A stretch of DNA of 64,000 bases from an uncultured Desulfovibrio sp. (lineage in GTDB: Bacteria; Desulfobacterota; Desulfovibrionia; Desulfovibrionales; Desulfovibrionaceae), in contig CASEWR010000009.1 in assembly GCA_949291675.1 (NCBI GenBank), forward strand, positions 35,310-99,309, in the 5' to 3' direction. This document shows positions 11,556-20,882 of this stretch, piece by piece; position 1 is the stretch's first letter; each line of letters opens with the position of its first letter. The translations under genes were made by a program, and so were the position numbers. Under the pieces are notes generated by a model. It saw nothing but the letters and a program-made list of their open reading frames with translations. It did no database searches and was not told the DNA's origin.

Positions 11556-12185
11556 ATGAAAGAACAATACACAGATCTTGATGAATACATTGCTGACCTG
11601 CAGGCTTCCATTGCCCAGTCCCAGGGTCAGTGCGCTGCCCATCACTACAATCTCGGCATGGCCCTGCTGAGCAAGCGCGACTTCATGGGCGCTGAAAATG
11701 CCTTCCGCGATGCCCTGCGCGAGTCGCCGCACATGGCTGAAGCCATGGTGCAGCTCGGCGGCATCTGCCTGCAGCGCGGCGACCTTGACGGCTGCCTCAG
11801 CTACAATATGGACGCCAGCGCCTATCGTCCCAAGTTTGCAGTGGCAGAAAGCAATATTGCCTTTGTCTACCTGCAGAAGCGCGACCCCGACAAGGCGCTC
11901 AAGCACCTGGAAAAGGCCCTCAAATGGGATCCCAAGTTCATCCAGGCCCGCAATGACGCAGCCATTGCCTACATCATGAAGGGCAATTACGCTGAAAGCG
12001 AGAAGTACAGCCGCGCCCTGATTGCAGACGAGCCTGCCTTCGCTCCTGCCTGGCAGAACCTCTCCATTGCCCTCTTTGAGCAGGGCAGCTATGCCGAGGC
12101 AAAGGAAGCCATGGACAAGGCAGCAGAGCTCGGTTTTGACGTGCCCGAGGGCTACAGACAGGAAGTGGCAGCAAAGCTTGCCTAG
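11556..12185 (+). CDS. TPR-repeat protein
   Basis: The product contains repeated 34-aa Ala/Tyr/Leu-patterned TPR-like units. Confidence 0.7.
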   Translation: MKEQYTDLDEYIADLQASIAQSQGQCAAHHYNLGMALLSKRDFMGAENAFRDALRESPHMAEAMVQLGGICLQRGDLDGCLSYNMDASAYRPKFAVAESNIAFVYLQKRDPDKALKHLEKALKWDPKFIQARNDAAIAYIMKGNYAESEKYSRALIADEPAFAPAWQNLSIALFEQGSYAEAKEAMDKAAELGFDVPEGYRQEVAAKLA

Positions 12186-12283
12186 GCGCCCTGCGGCTGC
12201 ACGCTGCAGCAGGGCCGCGCTCCTGTGCCCTGGAACAGTGCCCTGATACAGTGCCCTGATACAGTGCTCTGGTACAGAAAGCA

Positions 12284-12316
12284 AAAAGGACATCCTCTGA
12301 CGGATGTCCTTTTTTA
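12284..12316. terminator. bidirectional Rho-independent terminator between convergent genes
   Basis: AAAAAGGACATCC-TCTGAC-GGATGTCCTTTTTT. Confidence 0.7.
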
Positions 12317-12379
12317 TCTCTCTGCCAGGGGACGCTGTGCCGGCAGGGCGTTTGATGCGGCCTTGAGCGGCCGCCCTGC

Positions 12380-13186
12380 CTAAAACTCCAGGGTCAGGCG
12401 CACAGGGCAGTGGTCAGAGCCGAACTGCTCGTTCTCAATCCAGGCATCAGCGATATTGCCTGCCAGATCCTCGGTCACAAAGAAGTAGTCTATACGCCAG
12501 CCGATGTTCTTCTCCCTGGCTCTGGACTTGTAGGACCACCAGGAATAGGCCCCTTCTTCCTCGCCGTGCACATGGCGGAAAGTGTCTATCCAGCCCAGGG
12601 CAACAAAGCGGTCCAGGAAGGCCCGCTCCTCGGGCAGGTAGCCGGTGTTGAGCACATTCTGTCTGGGTCTTGCCAGATCAATGGCCTTGTGGGCGATGTT
12701 GAAGTCACCGCAGACCACCACGGGCTTGCTCTTGCGCAGCTCCTGGGCATAGTTCAGGAAGGCCTCGAAAAAGCCCATCTTGTACTCCAGACGCTTGAAC
12801 TTGCCCTGATGCTTACCGTTCTCGTCCAGAATTTCCGCGCCGCCATTGGGGAAGTAGCCGTTAATGAAGTGGAACTTCTCGTATTCAAGATGGGCAATGC
12901 GGCCCTCGCCCTGCCACTCGGCATCGGGCAGCTCAAGCTGCACCCGCAACGGTTCAGGCTTGCTGAAGACAGCCACCCCGGAATAGCCCTTCTTCACCAC
13001 GCTGGAGGCAAAGCAGGCGTGCCAGCCCTCCGGTTCAGCCAGGCTTTTGTCCAGCTGATCCACTGAGGCCTTGGTTTCCTGCAGGCCTATGATGTCGGCA
13101 GTGTCCTTGTGGAACCAGGACCAGTCGGGCTTGCCGGAGACTGCCCTCAGTCCGTTCACGTTCCAGGAAGCGAGTTTGATCTGCAT
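12380..13186 (-). CDS. xth: exodeoxyribonuclease III
   Basis: The product starts MQIKLASWNVNGLRA, ends with SDHCPV, and is about 268 aa long. The ORF is open up to 13327, but the MQIK start fits the family. Confidence 0.9.
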   Translation of the reverse strand: MQIKLASWNVNGLRAVSGKPDWSWFHKDTADIIGLQETKASVDQLDKSLAEPEGWHACFASSVVKKGYSGVAVFSKPEPLRVQLELPDAEWQGEGRIAHLEYEKFHFINGYFPNGGAEILDENGKHQGKFKRLEYKMGFFEAFLNYAQELRKSKPVVVCGDFNIAHKAIDLARPRQNVLNTGYLPEERAFLDRFVALGWIDTFRHVHGEEEGAYSWWSYKSRAREKNIGWRIDYFFVTEDLAGNIADAWIENEQFGSDHCPVRLTLEF

Positions 13187-13360
13187 GCCATGTCCTCCGC
13201 AAAGGCCGTGCGGACAGCAGGGTCTTTGCCCTGTCCTGCCCGAAAAGTTTCCATGAAATTGAACGTTTAGCCAAATTGCATTTTGACCCATCCTCTGCCA
13301 TACTATCCCCGCTTCTGGCAAGCGCAAAATCCGGGTACCAGGCCCGGGACCCTGCGTGAC

Positions 13361-13400
13361 GGGCCTGTCAGAGCCTGTCAGGGCCTGTCAGAACCCGCCA
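13361..13400. repeat. 10-bp tandem repeat GRGCCTGTCA x3-4
   Basis: The sequence reads gggcctgtca gagcctgtca gggcctgtca gaacccgcca. Confidence 0.7.
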
Positions 13401-13510
13401 GGGGCAGAGGAAAACCAAGAATCCGCAACATCGGAACGACAGATAACTGCATACCGGGAGCTGTGAGACAGTTCATGGCATGATCCCACGTTGCTGCCCA
13501 AGGAGGGCGC

Positions 13511-14743
13511 ATGAGTTCAAATGCTCAGGTACTGAAGAACTGGGACTGGGACAAGCTGCAGGAAAAGCGGGCCAAACAGAAGGGCTTCAACCCCCCGCCC
13601 CGCGACCCCGAGCCTGAAGAACCCAGACCCGAAAAGGACGACAGGGAGCGCCGCGACTTCTTTGGCGGCGGCAATGACAACAGGAACACTGACAATGGTG
13701 GCGGCGGCAACGGCGGTGGTCGCGGTCGCGGCCCGCGCGTGGTCTCCTTCAAGATGCCAAAGCCGGGCTTTGCCTCCGGCAGGGGCATGTGGCTGCTCTT
13801 CGGCATCCTGCTCATCGTCTGGCTGCTCTCGGGCATCTATATTGTGGAGCCGGATGAAGAGGGCGTTGTCCTGCGCTTCGGCAAGTATGTGCGCAGCACA
13901 GGTCCTGGCCCCCACTACGCGCTGCCCATGCCCATTGAAACCGTCTACACCCCCAAGGTCACCCAGGTGCTGCGCAGCGAGATCGGCTACCGCAATGTGG
14001 GTGGTCAGGCAACCACCTTCCAGCAGGGCAGGGTGCGCACCATGCCCCAGGAAGCCTCCAGGCTGACCGGGGACGAGAACGTGGTCAATGTGCAGTTCTC
14101 GGTGCAGTACAAGATCAAGGACGCAGTGCAGTACCTCTTCAATGTGGCTGACCCCACCTCTCTGGTGCACAATGCCGCTGAGGCTGCCATGCGCGAGGTC
14201 ATAGGCAACAACCTTATTGACTCCGCCATCACGGACGGCAAGCTGCAGATCCAGAGTGACGCCACTCAGCTTCTGCAGACCATCCTTGACCGCTACGGCG
14301 CAGGCATCCAGGTCCTGGCAGTGCAGCTGCAGGACGTGCATCCGCCGCAGGAAGTCATCGAGGCCTTCAAGGACGTTGCCTCTGCCCGCGAAGACAAGAG
14401 CCGTATCATCAACGAAGCTGAAGCCTACCGCAACGCCATTCTGCCTGAGGCCCGAGGCGAGGCATCCGCTATCCGCAATGCTGCCGAAGCCTATGCTGCC
14501 ACCCGTGTGCAGAATGCCGAAGGTGCTGCCAGCCGCTTCACAGCCCTGCGCGTGGAGTACGAGAAGGCCCCCGAGGTCACTGGCCAGCGCCTCTATTACG
14601 AAACCATGGAAGAGATTCTGAAAAAGGCAGAGGAAAAGGTCGTGCTTGACGGCCAGGCAGGCGAGCGTGCGCTCCCCTATCTGCCCCTGCCCACCCTGAC
14701 CGGCAAGGCTCCCGCTGCCCCGACGGCTACTGGAGTAAAGTAA
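13511..14743 (+). CDS. hflK: FtsH protease modulator HflK
   Basis: It has an SPFH/band-7 domain, a Gly-rich N-terminus and one TM helix. It is directly followed by hflC, and AAGGAGG lies upstream. Confidence 0.9.
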   Translation: MSSNAQVLKNWDWDKLQEKRAKQKGFNPPPRDPEPEEPRPEKDDRERRDFFGGGNDNRNTDNGGGGNGGGRGRGPRVVSFKMPKPGFASGRGMWLLFGILLIVWLLSGIYIVEPDEEGVVLRFGKYVRSTGPGPHYALPMPIETVYTPKVTQVLRSEIGYRNVGGQATTFQQGRVRTMPQEASRLTGDENVVNVQFSVQYKIKDAVQYLFNVADPTSLVHNAAEAAMREVIGNNLIDSAITDGKLQIQSDATQLLQTILDRYGAGIQVLAVQLQDVHPPQEVIEAFKDVASAREDKSRIINEAEAYRNAILPEARGEASAIRNAAEAYAATRVQNAEGAASRFTALRVEYEKAPEVTGQRLYYETMEEILKKAEEKVVLDGQAGERALPYLPLPTLTGKAPAAPTATGVK

Positions 14744-15592
14744 ATGAACAAGAAGCTTTCCTCTCTGCTGCTCGTCCTCATCGTGGCCGTGGGCCTGCTC
14801 AGCCAGTCCGTCTTCACGGTCAACCAGATGGAAACAGCCATTGTTCTCCAGCTTGGTGAGCCCCTGGACGATGTCTATAAGCCCGGTCTGCACTTCAAGC
14901 TGCCCTTTATCCAGAAGGTCATCTACTTTGATGCCCGCGTGCTCGACTACGAGGCCAGCTCCCGTGAAGCCTTCACTGTGGACAAGAAGGCCATTGTGCT
15001 CGACAACTATGCCCGCTGGCGCATTACGGATCCCCTGCAGTTCTACCGCACCATGAGAACCCTGGTGGGTGCCCAGGCACGTCTTGATGACGTTGTCTAC
15101 TCCCAGCTGCGCGCCATGGTCGGTGCCTATACCCTTTCCGAAGTCGTCTCCACCCAGAGAGCGGCCATCATGACTGAGGTCACCGAGAAGGTGAAGGACA
15201 TCATGCAGCACTTTGGTGTGGAAGTGCTGGACGTGCGCATCAAGCGTACTGACCTTCCCGCTGAAAACCTGCGCGCCATCTTTGACCGCATGCGCGCGGA
15301 ACGCGAACGCCAGGCCAAGCAGTACCGCTCGGAAGGTGAGGAAGAATCGACGCGTATCCGCTCTGATGCTGACAGGCAGAAGGCCATCATTCTGGCAGAC
15401 GCTGCCAGAGACAGCCAGATCATCCGCGGTGACGCTGATGCCCGCGCTGCCCAGATCTATGCCGATGCCTATAATAAGAACAAGGACTTCTATGCCTTCC
15501 AGCGCTGGCTTGAGGCCATGAAGATCTCCTTCAACGAAAACAGCAAAATGGTTCTCTCCTCGCCCGAAGCCCTGCTCAAGCACCTCAAGTAG
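14744..15592 (+). CDS. hflC: FtsH protease modulator HflC
   Basis: It has an SPFH domain. Its start abuts the hflK stop (TAAATG). Confidence 0.9.
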   Translation: MNKKLSSLLLVLIVAVGLLSQSVFTVNQMETAIVLQLGEPLDDVYKPGLHFKLPFIQKVIYFDARVLDYEASSREAFTVDKKAIVLDNYARWRITDPLQFYRTMRTLVGAQARLDDVVYSQLRAMVGAYTLSEVVSTQRAAIMTEVTEKVKDIMQHFGVEVLDVRIKRTDLPAENLRAIFDRMRAERERQAKQYRSEGEEESTRIRSDADRQKAIILADAARDSQIIRGDADARAAQIYADAYNKNKDFYAFQRWLEAMKISFNENSKMVLSSPEALLKHLK

Positions 15593-15664
15593 GAGCCAGG
15601 GCAGACTCACAGGCTGCGAGCAGGCCAAAGAAAGACCGGAATCAGGCCGGTAGCACGCAGACAC

Positions 15665-16795
15665 ATGCAACAACATATGGATTGCATATTGCTTACACTA
15701 CGGGAAGGCGCCACACGCTGCGGTGCCTTCCTGTTTGTCTTCCTTGTCCTCACAAGCCTTTCTGCCTGCGCGGCCCAGGTTTCCCAGGATTCCCGGGACG
15801 GGCTGGACGCAGCCAGAGCGGGCGCTGCCCCGTCCACTGCGCCCCAGGCTGCCCTGGCGTCCGCCAAAGGCACTGCCTATCCCATGCGGCCCACAGTCAC
15901 GGACGCTGCAGCTTCCGTGCCGCCGCAGAACACAGGCGTCATTGCCCCTGCCTGGCAGCATCTGCGCTCGCGCCTTGCTGCTGACGGCCTGGCAGGCCCT
16001 GAGGTGGACAGACTGCTGGCAAGCCTTGGTCCCAGAAGCTCCTCGCCCATGGGCCGCAAGATGCTGGAGCTCTACAAAAAGAACTTCCTGCCAGCCCCGA
16101 AGCCAGCGAAAAAGCCCGGCGGCACAGTCTACAAGGGCGTGGTCACGGCTGCCAATGCCGACAAGTGCCTGGCCTTTATGCAGCTGCATGCAGCAGCCTT
16201 TGCTGCAGCTGAAGAGACCTGGGGTGTACCTCCCTCCATTGCCTGCGCCCTGCTCTTTGTGGAGACCCGCCTTGGCCAGTACCTTGGCGGCACAGGGGAC
16301 AATGCCCTGCAGACCCTGGCCAGCATGGCAGAGAGCACAGAGAAGGCTGACATCACGGACTGGCTTGGCAAAATGCCTGGCCACGAGAGCCATAATGCCT
16401 GGTTTGCCGCCACCATGCCCAGGCGGGCAGAGTGGGCCTACAGGGAGACCAGGGCCCTTGTGCGCTACATGGTGGACAATCACATCGATCCCGAAACCCT
16501 GCCTGGCTCCATCTACGGGGCAGTGGGACTGTGTCAGTTCATGCCCAGCAACATTGTCCCCTATGGTGCAGACGGCAACGGGGACGGTGTCATTGACCTC
16601 TATACCCCGGAAGATGCCGTGGCCAGCCTGGCCAGATTTTTGTCCAGACATGGCTGGAACAAGGCAAACACCAGGGAGCACAGGCACAAGGTCCTCATGC
16701 GCTACAACAAGTCCACCCGCTACGCCAATACCATCCTGGCCCTGGCTGAGCTGACCGAGAAGCGGGCTGGCAGCACAGCCGGTAAGAGAAGCTGA
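15665..16795 (+). CDS. lytic murein transglycosylase (MltB-like)
   Basis: It has a lipoprotein-like signal (LTSLSAC), the GAVGLCQFMPSN motif, and a Ca-binding-like DGNGDG. Confidence 0.8.
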   Translation: MQQHMDCILLTLREGATRCGAFLFVFLVLTSLSACAAQVSQDSRDGLDAARAGAAPSTAPQAALASAKGTAYPMRPTVTDAAASVPPQNTGVIAPAWQHLRSRLAADGLAGPEVDRLLASLGPRSSSPMGRKMLELYKKNFLPAPKPAKKPGGTVYKGVVTAANADKCLAFMQLHAAAFAAAEETWGVPPSIACALLFVETRLGQYLGGTGDNALQTLASMAESTEKADITDWLGKMPGHESHNAWFAATMPRRAEWAYRETRALVRYMVDNHIDPETLPGSIYGAVGLCQFMPSNIVPYGADGNGDGVIDLYTPEDAVASLARFLSRHGWNKANTREHRHKVLMRYNKSTRYANTILALAELTEKRAGSTAGKRS

Positions 16796-17028
16796 CAGGA
16801 CATGTGCCGGTAAGCGTGCCGGGCAGCACGAACGCCGGACATGGCCGTCTGTCATGCCTGCAGCAGGCGGACATGTGCCAGACGCGTCAGGAGTGTCCGG
16901 ACTGTCAGGCCTGCCCCGGGCGTCAGGACAGAGAAACCAACCCATCAGGCCCCAGGCCCGGGCCAGGCCCCGAGACCCCGGGGACTCCGGGCCCCCGGAA
17001 TCAGGAACGGCAGCTGAGAGGAATCACG

Positions 17029-18030
17029 GTGAGCAGAGAACTTCTTCAGGTACGGACAGTGAGCAGATCCTTTCCGGTGCGTTCCAGAGGGGCCAGAGAT
17101 GCCAGGGGTGCTGAGGATGCCGGGGAAGAAACGCTCTTTGTGCGGGCAGTGAACGGGGTTTCCTTCACGCTTGCTGCCGGAGAGTGCGTGGGCCTCGTGG
17201 GCGAGTCCGGCTGCGGCAAGTCCACCTTAGGGCGCCTGGTCTGTGCGCTTGATCGGCCTGATGAGGGCGAGATCTTCTTTGACGGGGCTCCTCTGCCCCC
17301 TGTGTCTCCGGCCTCACCTGCCATTGGCAGGATACAGATGGTCTTTCAGGACCCCTTTTCCTCCCTGGACCCGCGCATGCGTGTGGGCACGTCCGTGGCA
17401 GAAGGCCTTGAGAGCCGCGGCTTTCAAAAGCGCAGGCCCATGAACAGGGCAGCAGTGCGCGAGGCTGTGCACGATATCTTTGCCAGGGTGGGCCTGGCAG
17501 GCATGGAAAAACGCTACCCCCATGAGTTCTCGGGCGGGCAGCGTCAGCGCGTGGCCCTGGCCAGGGCTCTGGTGACCCGCCCTGACCTTGTGGTCTGTGA
17601 TGAGCCTGTCTCTGCCCTGGATGCCTCAGTGCAGGCCCAGGTGCTCAATGTCATGCGCGAACTGCAGGAAGAGTTCGGCCAGGCCCAGCTCTTTATCTCC
17701 CATAATCTGGCAGTTGTCGGCTTCATGTGCTCCAGGGTGCTGGTCATGTACCTGGGCGAGCTTGTGGAAGAGCTTGCCGCCCAGGACCTTGCCCATGCCA
17801 GACACCCCTATACTCAGGCGCTCTATCAGGCCATGCCCTCTGCTGCAGGCAGCGACAAAAAGCTGGTGGTGCTGGAAGGCGAGCTTCCCTCACCCCTGCA
17901 TCTGCCCACAGGTTGCCACTTCCATCCCCGCTGCCCCCGTGCTGACGAGGTCTGCAGACAAAAAGCGCCAGCATGGCGGGAGCTTGCCCCGGGCTGGCGC
18001 GTGCGCTGTCATAAAGCTGACAGAATCTGA
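17029..18030 (+). CDS. ABC transporter ATP-binding protein, oligopeptide/dipeptide (OppF/DppF-like) type
   Basis: It has Walker A (GESGCGKST), the signature FSGGQRQR, Walker B (LVVCDEP), and a C-terminal oligopeptide-type Cys/His tail. The GTG at 17029 was chosen; the ORF is open from 16804. Confidence 0.8.
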   Translation: MSRELLQVRTVSRSFPVRSRGARDARGAEDAGEETLFVRAVNGVSFTLAAGECVGLVGESGCGKSTLGRLVCALDRPDEGEIFFDGAPLPPVSPASPAIGRIQMVFQDPFSSLDPRMRVGTSVAEGLESRGFQKRRPMNRAAVREAVHDIFARVGLAGMEKRYPHEFSGGQRQRVALARALVTRPDLVVCDEPVSALDASVQAQVLNVMRELQEEFGQAQLFISHNLAVVGFMCSRVLVMYLGELVEELAAQDLAHARHPYTQALYQAMPSAAGSDKKLVVLEGELPSPLHLPTGCHFHPRCPRADEVCRQKAPAWRELAPGWRVRCHKADRI

Positions 18031-18181
18031 AGATGGCTGTCTGAGCAGGAAGAAAGAAGCTGCCTTGCCGGGCAAAGCAGGGTAAACAAAGCAAGCGCAC
18101 TGAAGCGGGCTGAACGCTGCCAGGCAGGGGAGCACGTCTGGCGCTGGCCCTGACGCCGGTTTCTGGCTCTGGCCGCTGGCT

Positions 18182-19660
18182 TCAGGCAGAGTAGTGCACA
18201 GGCTTGAGCAGGGCTTTCTCAATGGCGCGCATGAGCGTGTCTAACCCTGTTCCCAGTACAGCCGAGACATGGAGGGCGTCCGGGAAGGCGTCGCCAAGCT
18301 CTGCCTGCGCATAGGGATTCACAAGATCCCACTTGTTGAGCACCAGAATGCGCGGCACGGCAGCAAGGCCGAGCTCTGTGAGAATGCTCTCCACAGACTC
18401 TATCTGCACAAAGAGATCCGTGTGTGCGGCATCTGCCACATGGATGAGCAGGTCCGCACTGTCCAGCTCTTCCAGGGTCGCCTGAAAGGCTTCCATGAGC
18501 TCTGCAGGCAGGTTGCGGATGAAGCCTACCGTATCTGCCAGCACGATTTCCCGCTCTGCCGGAAAGCGCAGACGTCTGGTTGTGGTATCCAGGGTGGCAA
18601 AGAGCTTGTTCTGGGCAAGGACCTCGGATCTGGTCAGGGTATTGAGCAGGGAGGACTTGCCGGCATTGGTGTAGCCGACCAGGGCAGCCAGGGGGATGCC
18701 GTTGCGGCTTCGGTTGCTGCGCACATAGGATCGCTGTCTGCGCAGCGTCTCCAGTTCCCTGCGCAGTCTGCCCATGCGCTCGCGGCTGCGGCGCCTGTCG
18801 ATTTCCAGCTTGGTTTCACCCGGGCCCCTGCCGCCAATGCCGCCCATGAGCCTGTCCATGGCTCTGTTCTTGCCTGTGAGCCTGGGCAGCATGTACTTGA
18901 GCTGGGCCAGCTCCACCTGCAGCTTGCCGGCTCTGGTCACGGCATGCTGGGCAAAGATGTCCAGGATGAGCTGTGTCCTGTCCAGCACCTTGCGCTCGGT
19001 GATGTCTGCCAGATTGTGCAGCTGGGCAGGCAGCAGCTCGCCGTCAAAAACCAGCATGTCTGCCTGGCCTGCCAGGGCCTGCACCTCAAGCTCTGCCATC
19101 TTGCCGCGCCCGAGGATGCTGCGCGGCTGTACGGTGCGGGTGCGCTGTATCATGCGCCCGCACACAGTAATACCTGCTGTCCTGGCCAGCTCTGCCAGCT
19201 CGTCGAGGTTGCGCTCCTGGACAGAGCGCGGCTCTGCCGAGACAGAGACCAGAATGCAGCGGTTTTCTGTCCTGGACTCCCTGCCGTCTGAGGTCACACG
19301 GGCCAGCTCTTCTTCCAGCGCCCTGGCCTGGGCTGTCAGGTCAATGGCCGTGTCGCTCCACACCCGCATGGCCTCCACCCGGTAGGCTGAGCCTGCCGTG
19401 GGCGGCAGAAGGTGCGCTGACTGCCACTGCATGGGCATGCCGTCCCTGGAGACTGTGAGCACCACCATAGCGTCCAGGCGCAGAAAGAGCATGTCCATGA
19501 GGTCTTCCTCGCTCAGGCCCTCAGCATGCAAGTGGGTGTGCACAAGACGCAGGCCGCGCAGCCTGGTGCTGCTTGTGCGCGAGCGGGAAAGTTCAGGGAT
19601 ATAGATGCCGTCGGACTTGCCGACAATGACCATGGTCACGCGCCCCTTGCGATCAAGCAA
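18182..19660 (-). CDS. hflX: GTPase HflX (minimum extent; probably extends to about 19822)
   Basis: It has G1 (GYTNAGKSSLLN), DTVGF and NKWD motifs. Coordinate 19660 is the first TTG. The frame stays open and HflX-like upstream (see the hflX finding). Confidence 0.85.
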   Translation of the reverse strand: MLDRKGRVTMVIVGKSDGIYIPELSRSRTSSTRLRGLRLVHTHLHAEGLSEEDLMDMLFLRLDAMVVLTVSRDGMPMQWQSAHLLPPTAGSAYRVEAMRVWSDTAIDLTAQARALEEELARVTSDGRESRTENRCILVSVSAEPRSVQERNLDELAELARTAGITVCGRMIQRTRTVQPRSILGRGKMAELEVQALAGQADMLVFDGELLPAQLHNLADITERKVLDRTQLILDIFAQHAVTRAGKLQVELAQLKYMLPRLTGKNRAMDRLMGGIGGRGPGETKLEIDRRRSRERMGRLRRELETLRRQRSYVRSNRSRNGIPLAALVGYTNAGKSSLLNTLTRSEVLAQNKLFATLDTTTRRLRFPAEREIVLADTVGFIRNLPAELMEAFQATLEELDSADLLIHVADAAHTDLFVQIESVESILTELGLAAVPRILVLNKWDLVNPYAQAELGDAFPDALHVSAVLGTGLDTLMRAIEKALLKPVHYSA

Positions 19661-19836
19661 AAGCCCCAGCTGTCGTTCCAGGGAACGGGACAGCAGGGCC
19701 AGTTCTTTTGCCTGATCAAGGGTATAGACGTCCCCCTGGGGAAACTTGCGTGTACCAAGGCGTTCCAGGGACTTGAGCTGACCAGGGCTCAGTCCCTGCA
19801 GGTTGCCGTCTACGTTTGAAATGGGAAGCTCCGGAG

Positions 19837-20427
19837 TCAGGGACGGATATAGGAAGTAATGAGCGCGTCGTAACGCGAGGTGGCGTCAAAGGCTCTGGAG
19901 GCCATGCGCTGGCGGAAGAGCAGGGAGGAACACATATTGTTTTCCTTCAGATCGTCCATGGCAGGGCCATACCATTCCGTACCGGGAACAACCAGGACGG
20001 AGTGGAAGTTCTTGGCAGCTGCCCTGATGAGGCAGGGACCGCCGATGTCGATTTCCTCCACGGCCTGCTCAAGGGAGAGATGCTGGGCGATGGCGCCGGC
20101 AAAGTTGTAGAGGTTGACGCAGACCAGATCAAAGGGCTTGATCTGCATTTCCTCAAGGACCTGCATGTGTTCCGGCACGTCCTTGTTGGCAAGGATGCCG
20201 GCATGGATGTGAGGATGCAGCGTCTTGACGCGGCCGTTCAGGATCTCCGGAAAGCCTGTGACGGAACTGACAGAGTGCACGGGAAGGCCTGCATTTTCCA
20301 GAGCCTTCATGGTGCCGCCCGTAGACACGAGCTCCACCCCGTTACTGCTCAGAAAGGAGGCAAATTCCACCAGCCCGCTCTTGTCGGTGACACTGAGGAT
20401 TGCCCGCCGGATGGGAAGAAGTTCCAT
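19837..20427 (-). CDS. stand-alone IMP cyclohydrolase (MGS-like N-terminal domain of PurH)
   Basis: The sequence RAILSVTDKSGLVEFA...STGGT...GRVKTLHP is typical of the PurH IMPCH domain. The product is 196 aa with no AICARFT domain. Confidence 0.8.
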   Translation of the reverse strand: MELLPIRRAILSVTDKSGLVEFASFLSSNGVELVSTGGTMKALENAGLPVHSVSSVTGFPEILNGRVKTLHPHIHAGILANKDVPEHMQVLEEMQIKPFDLVCVNLYNFAGAIAQHLSLEQAVEEIDIGGPCLIRAAAKNFHSVLVVPGTEWYGPAMDDLKENNMCSSLLFRQRMASRAFDATSRYDALITSYIRP

Positions 20428-20882
20428 AGTGTTCTCCTGGCTTGGAACAGTGAAGCATTCCCCGCAAAACCTTGTTTACGAGGTTTCGGAGAGTATTGCA
20501 CAAGTACTGTGAAAAAGCAAAATGCCGGAACACGCGGGAATGCAGGCTGCACAGGGCCCGGACGCGGGGAAGTGCAGACCCTGTGCGGCGCTTGTTCTGT
20601 CTGCCTGAACAGGTGCTTCGCAAAGCGTTCGTGTCCATTCAGTCGTCCCCTCCATGTGTCAGTGCAGCTTTATGACCACACCAGCGGCATTCCTGTGATT
20701 CAGGCAGAAGAGGGCAGCTGGAGGAAGCTGGTTAGCAGGAATGTTCCACGACCTGTAGTGCCCAGTGCATGGGGTCAGGAAGGGAGAGCCCAGCCAGCGA
20801 GCTGGGGGCATGGAAAGGACGTGTTTGCAGAGCACCCTCGCTTGAGGGTGCTTACGGGTACTTGCTGTTTGTAGTGGCAGAC

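Noticed and set aside
16804-17028. N-terminal 75-codon extension of the ABC ATPase (Cys/Pro/Gly-rich).
   Set aside because: It has no family counterpart and is low-complexity. An internal GTG at 17029 with an upstream GAGAGGA gives a protein of the normal OppF/DppF length.
20840-20880. GCTTAC near the IS66 relic as a terminal inverted repeat (IS66 ends start GTAAGC).
   Set aside because: The orientation is wrong for the 3' end of a minus-strand element, and no matching partner was found at the other side.
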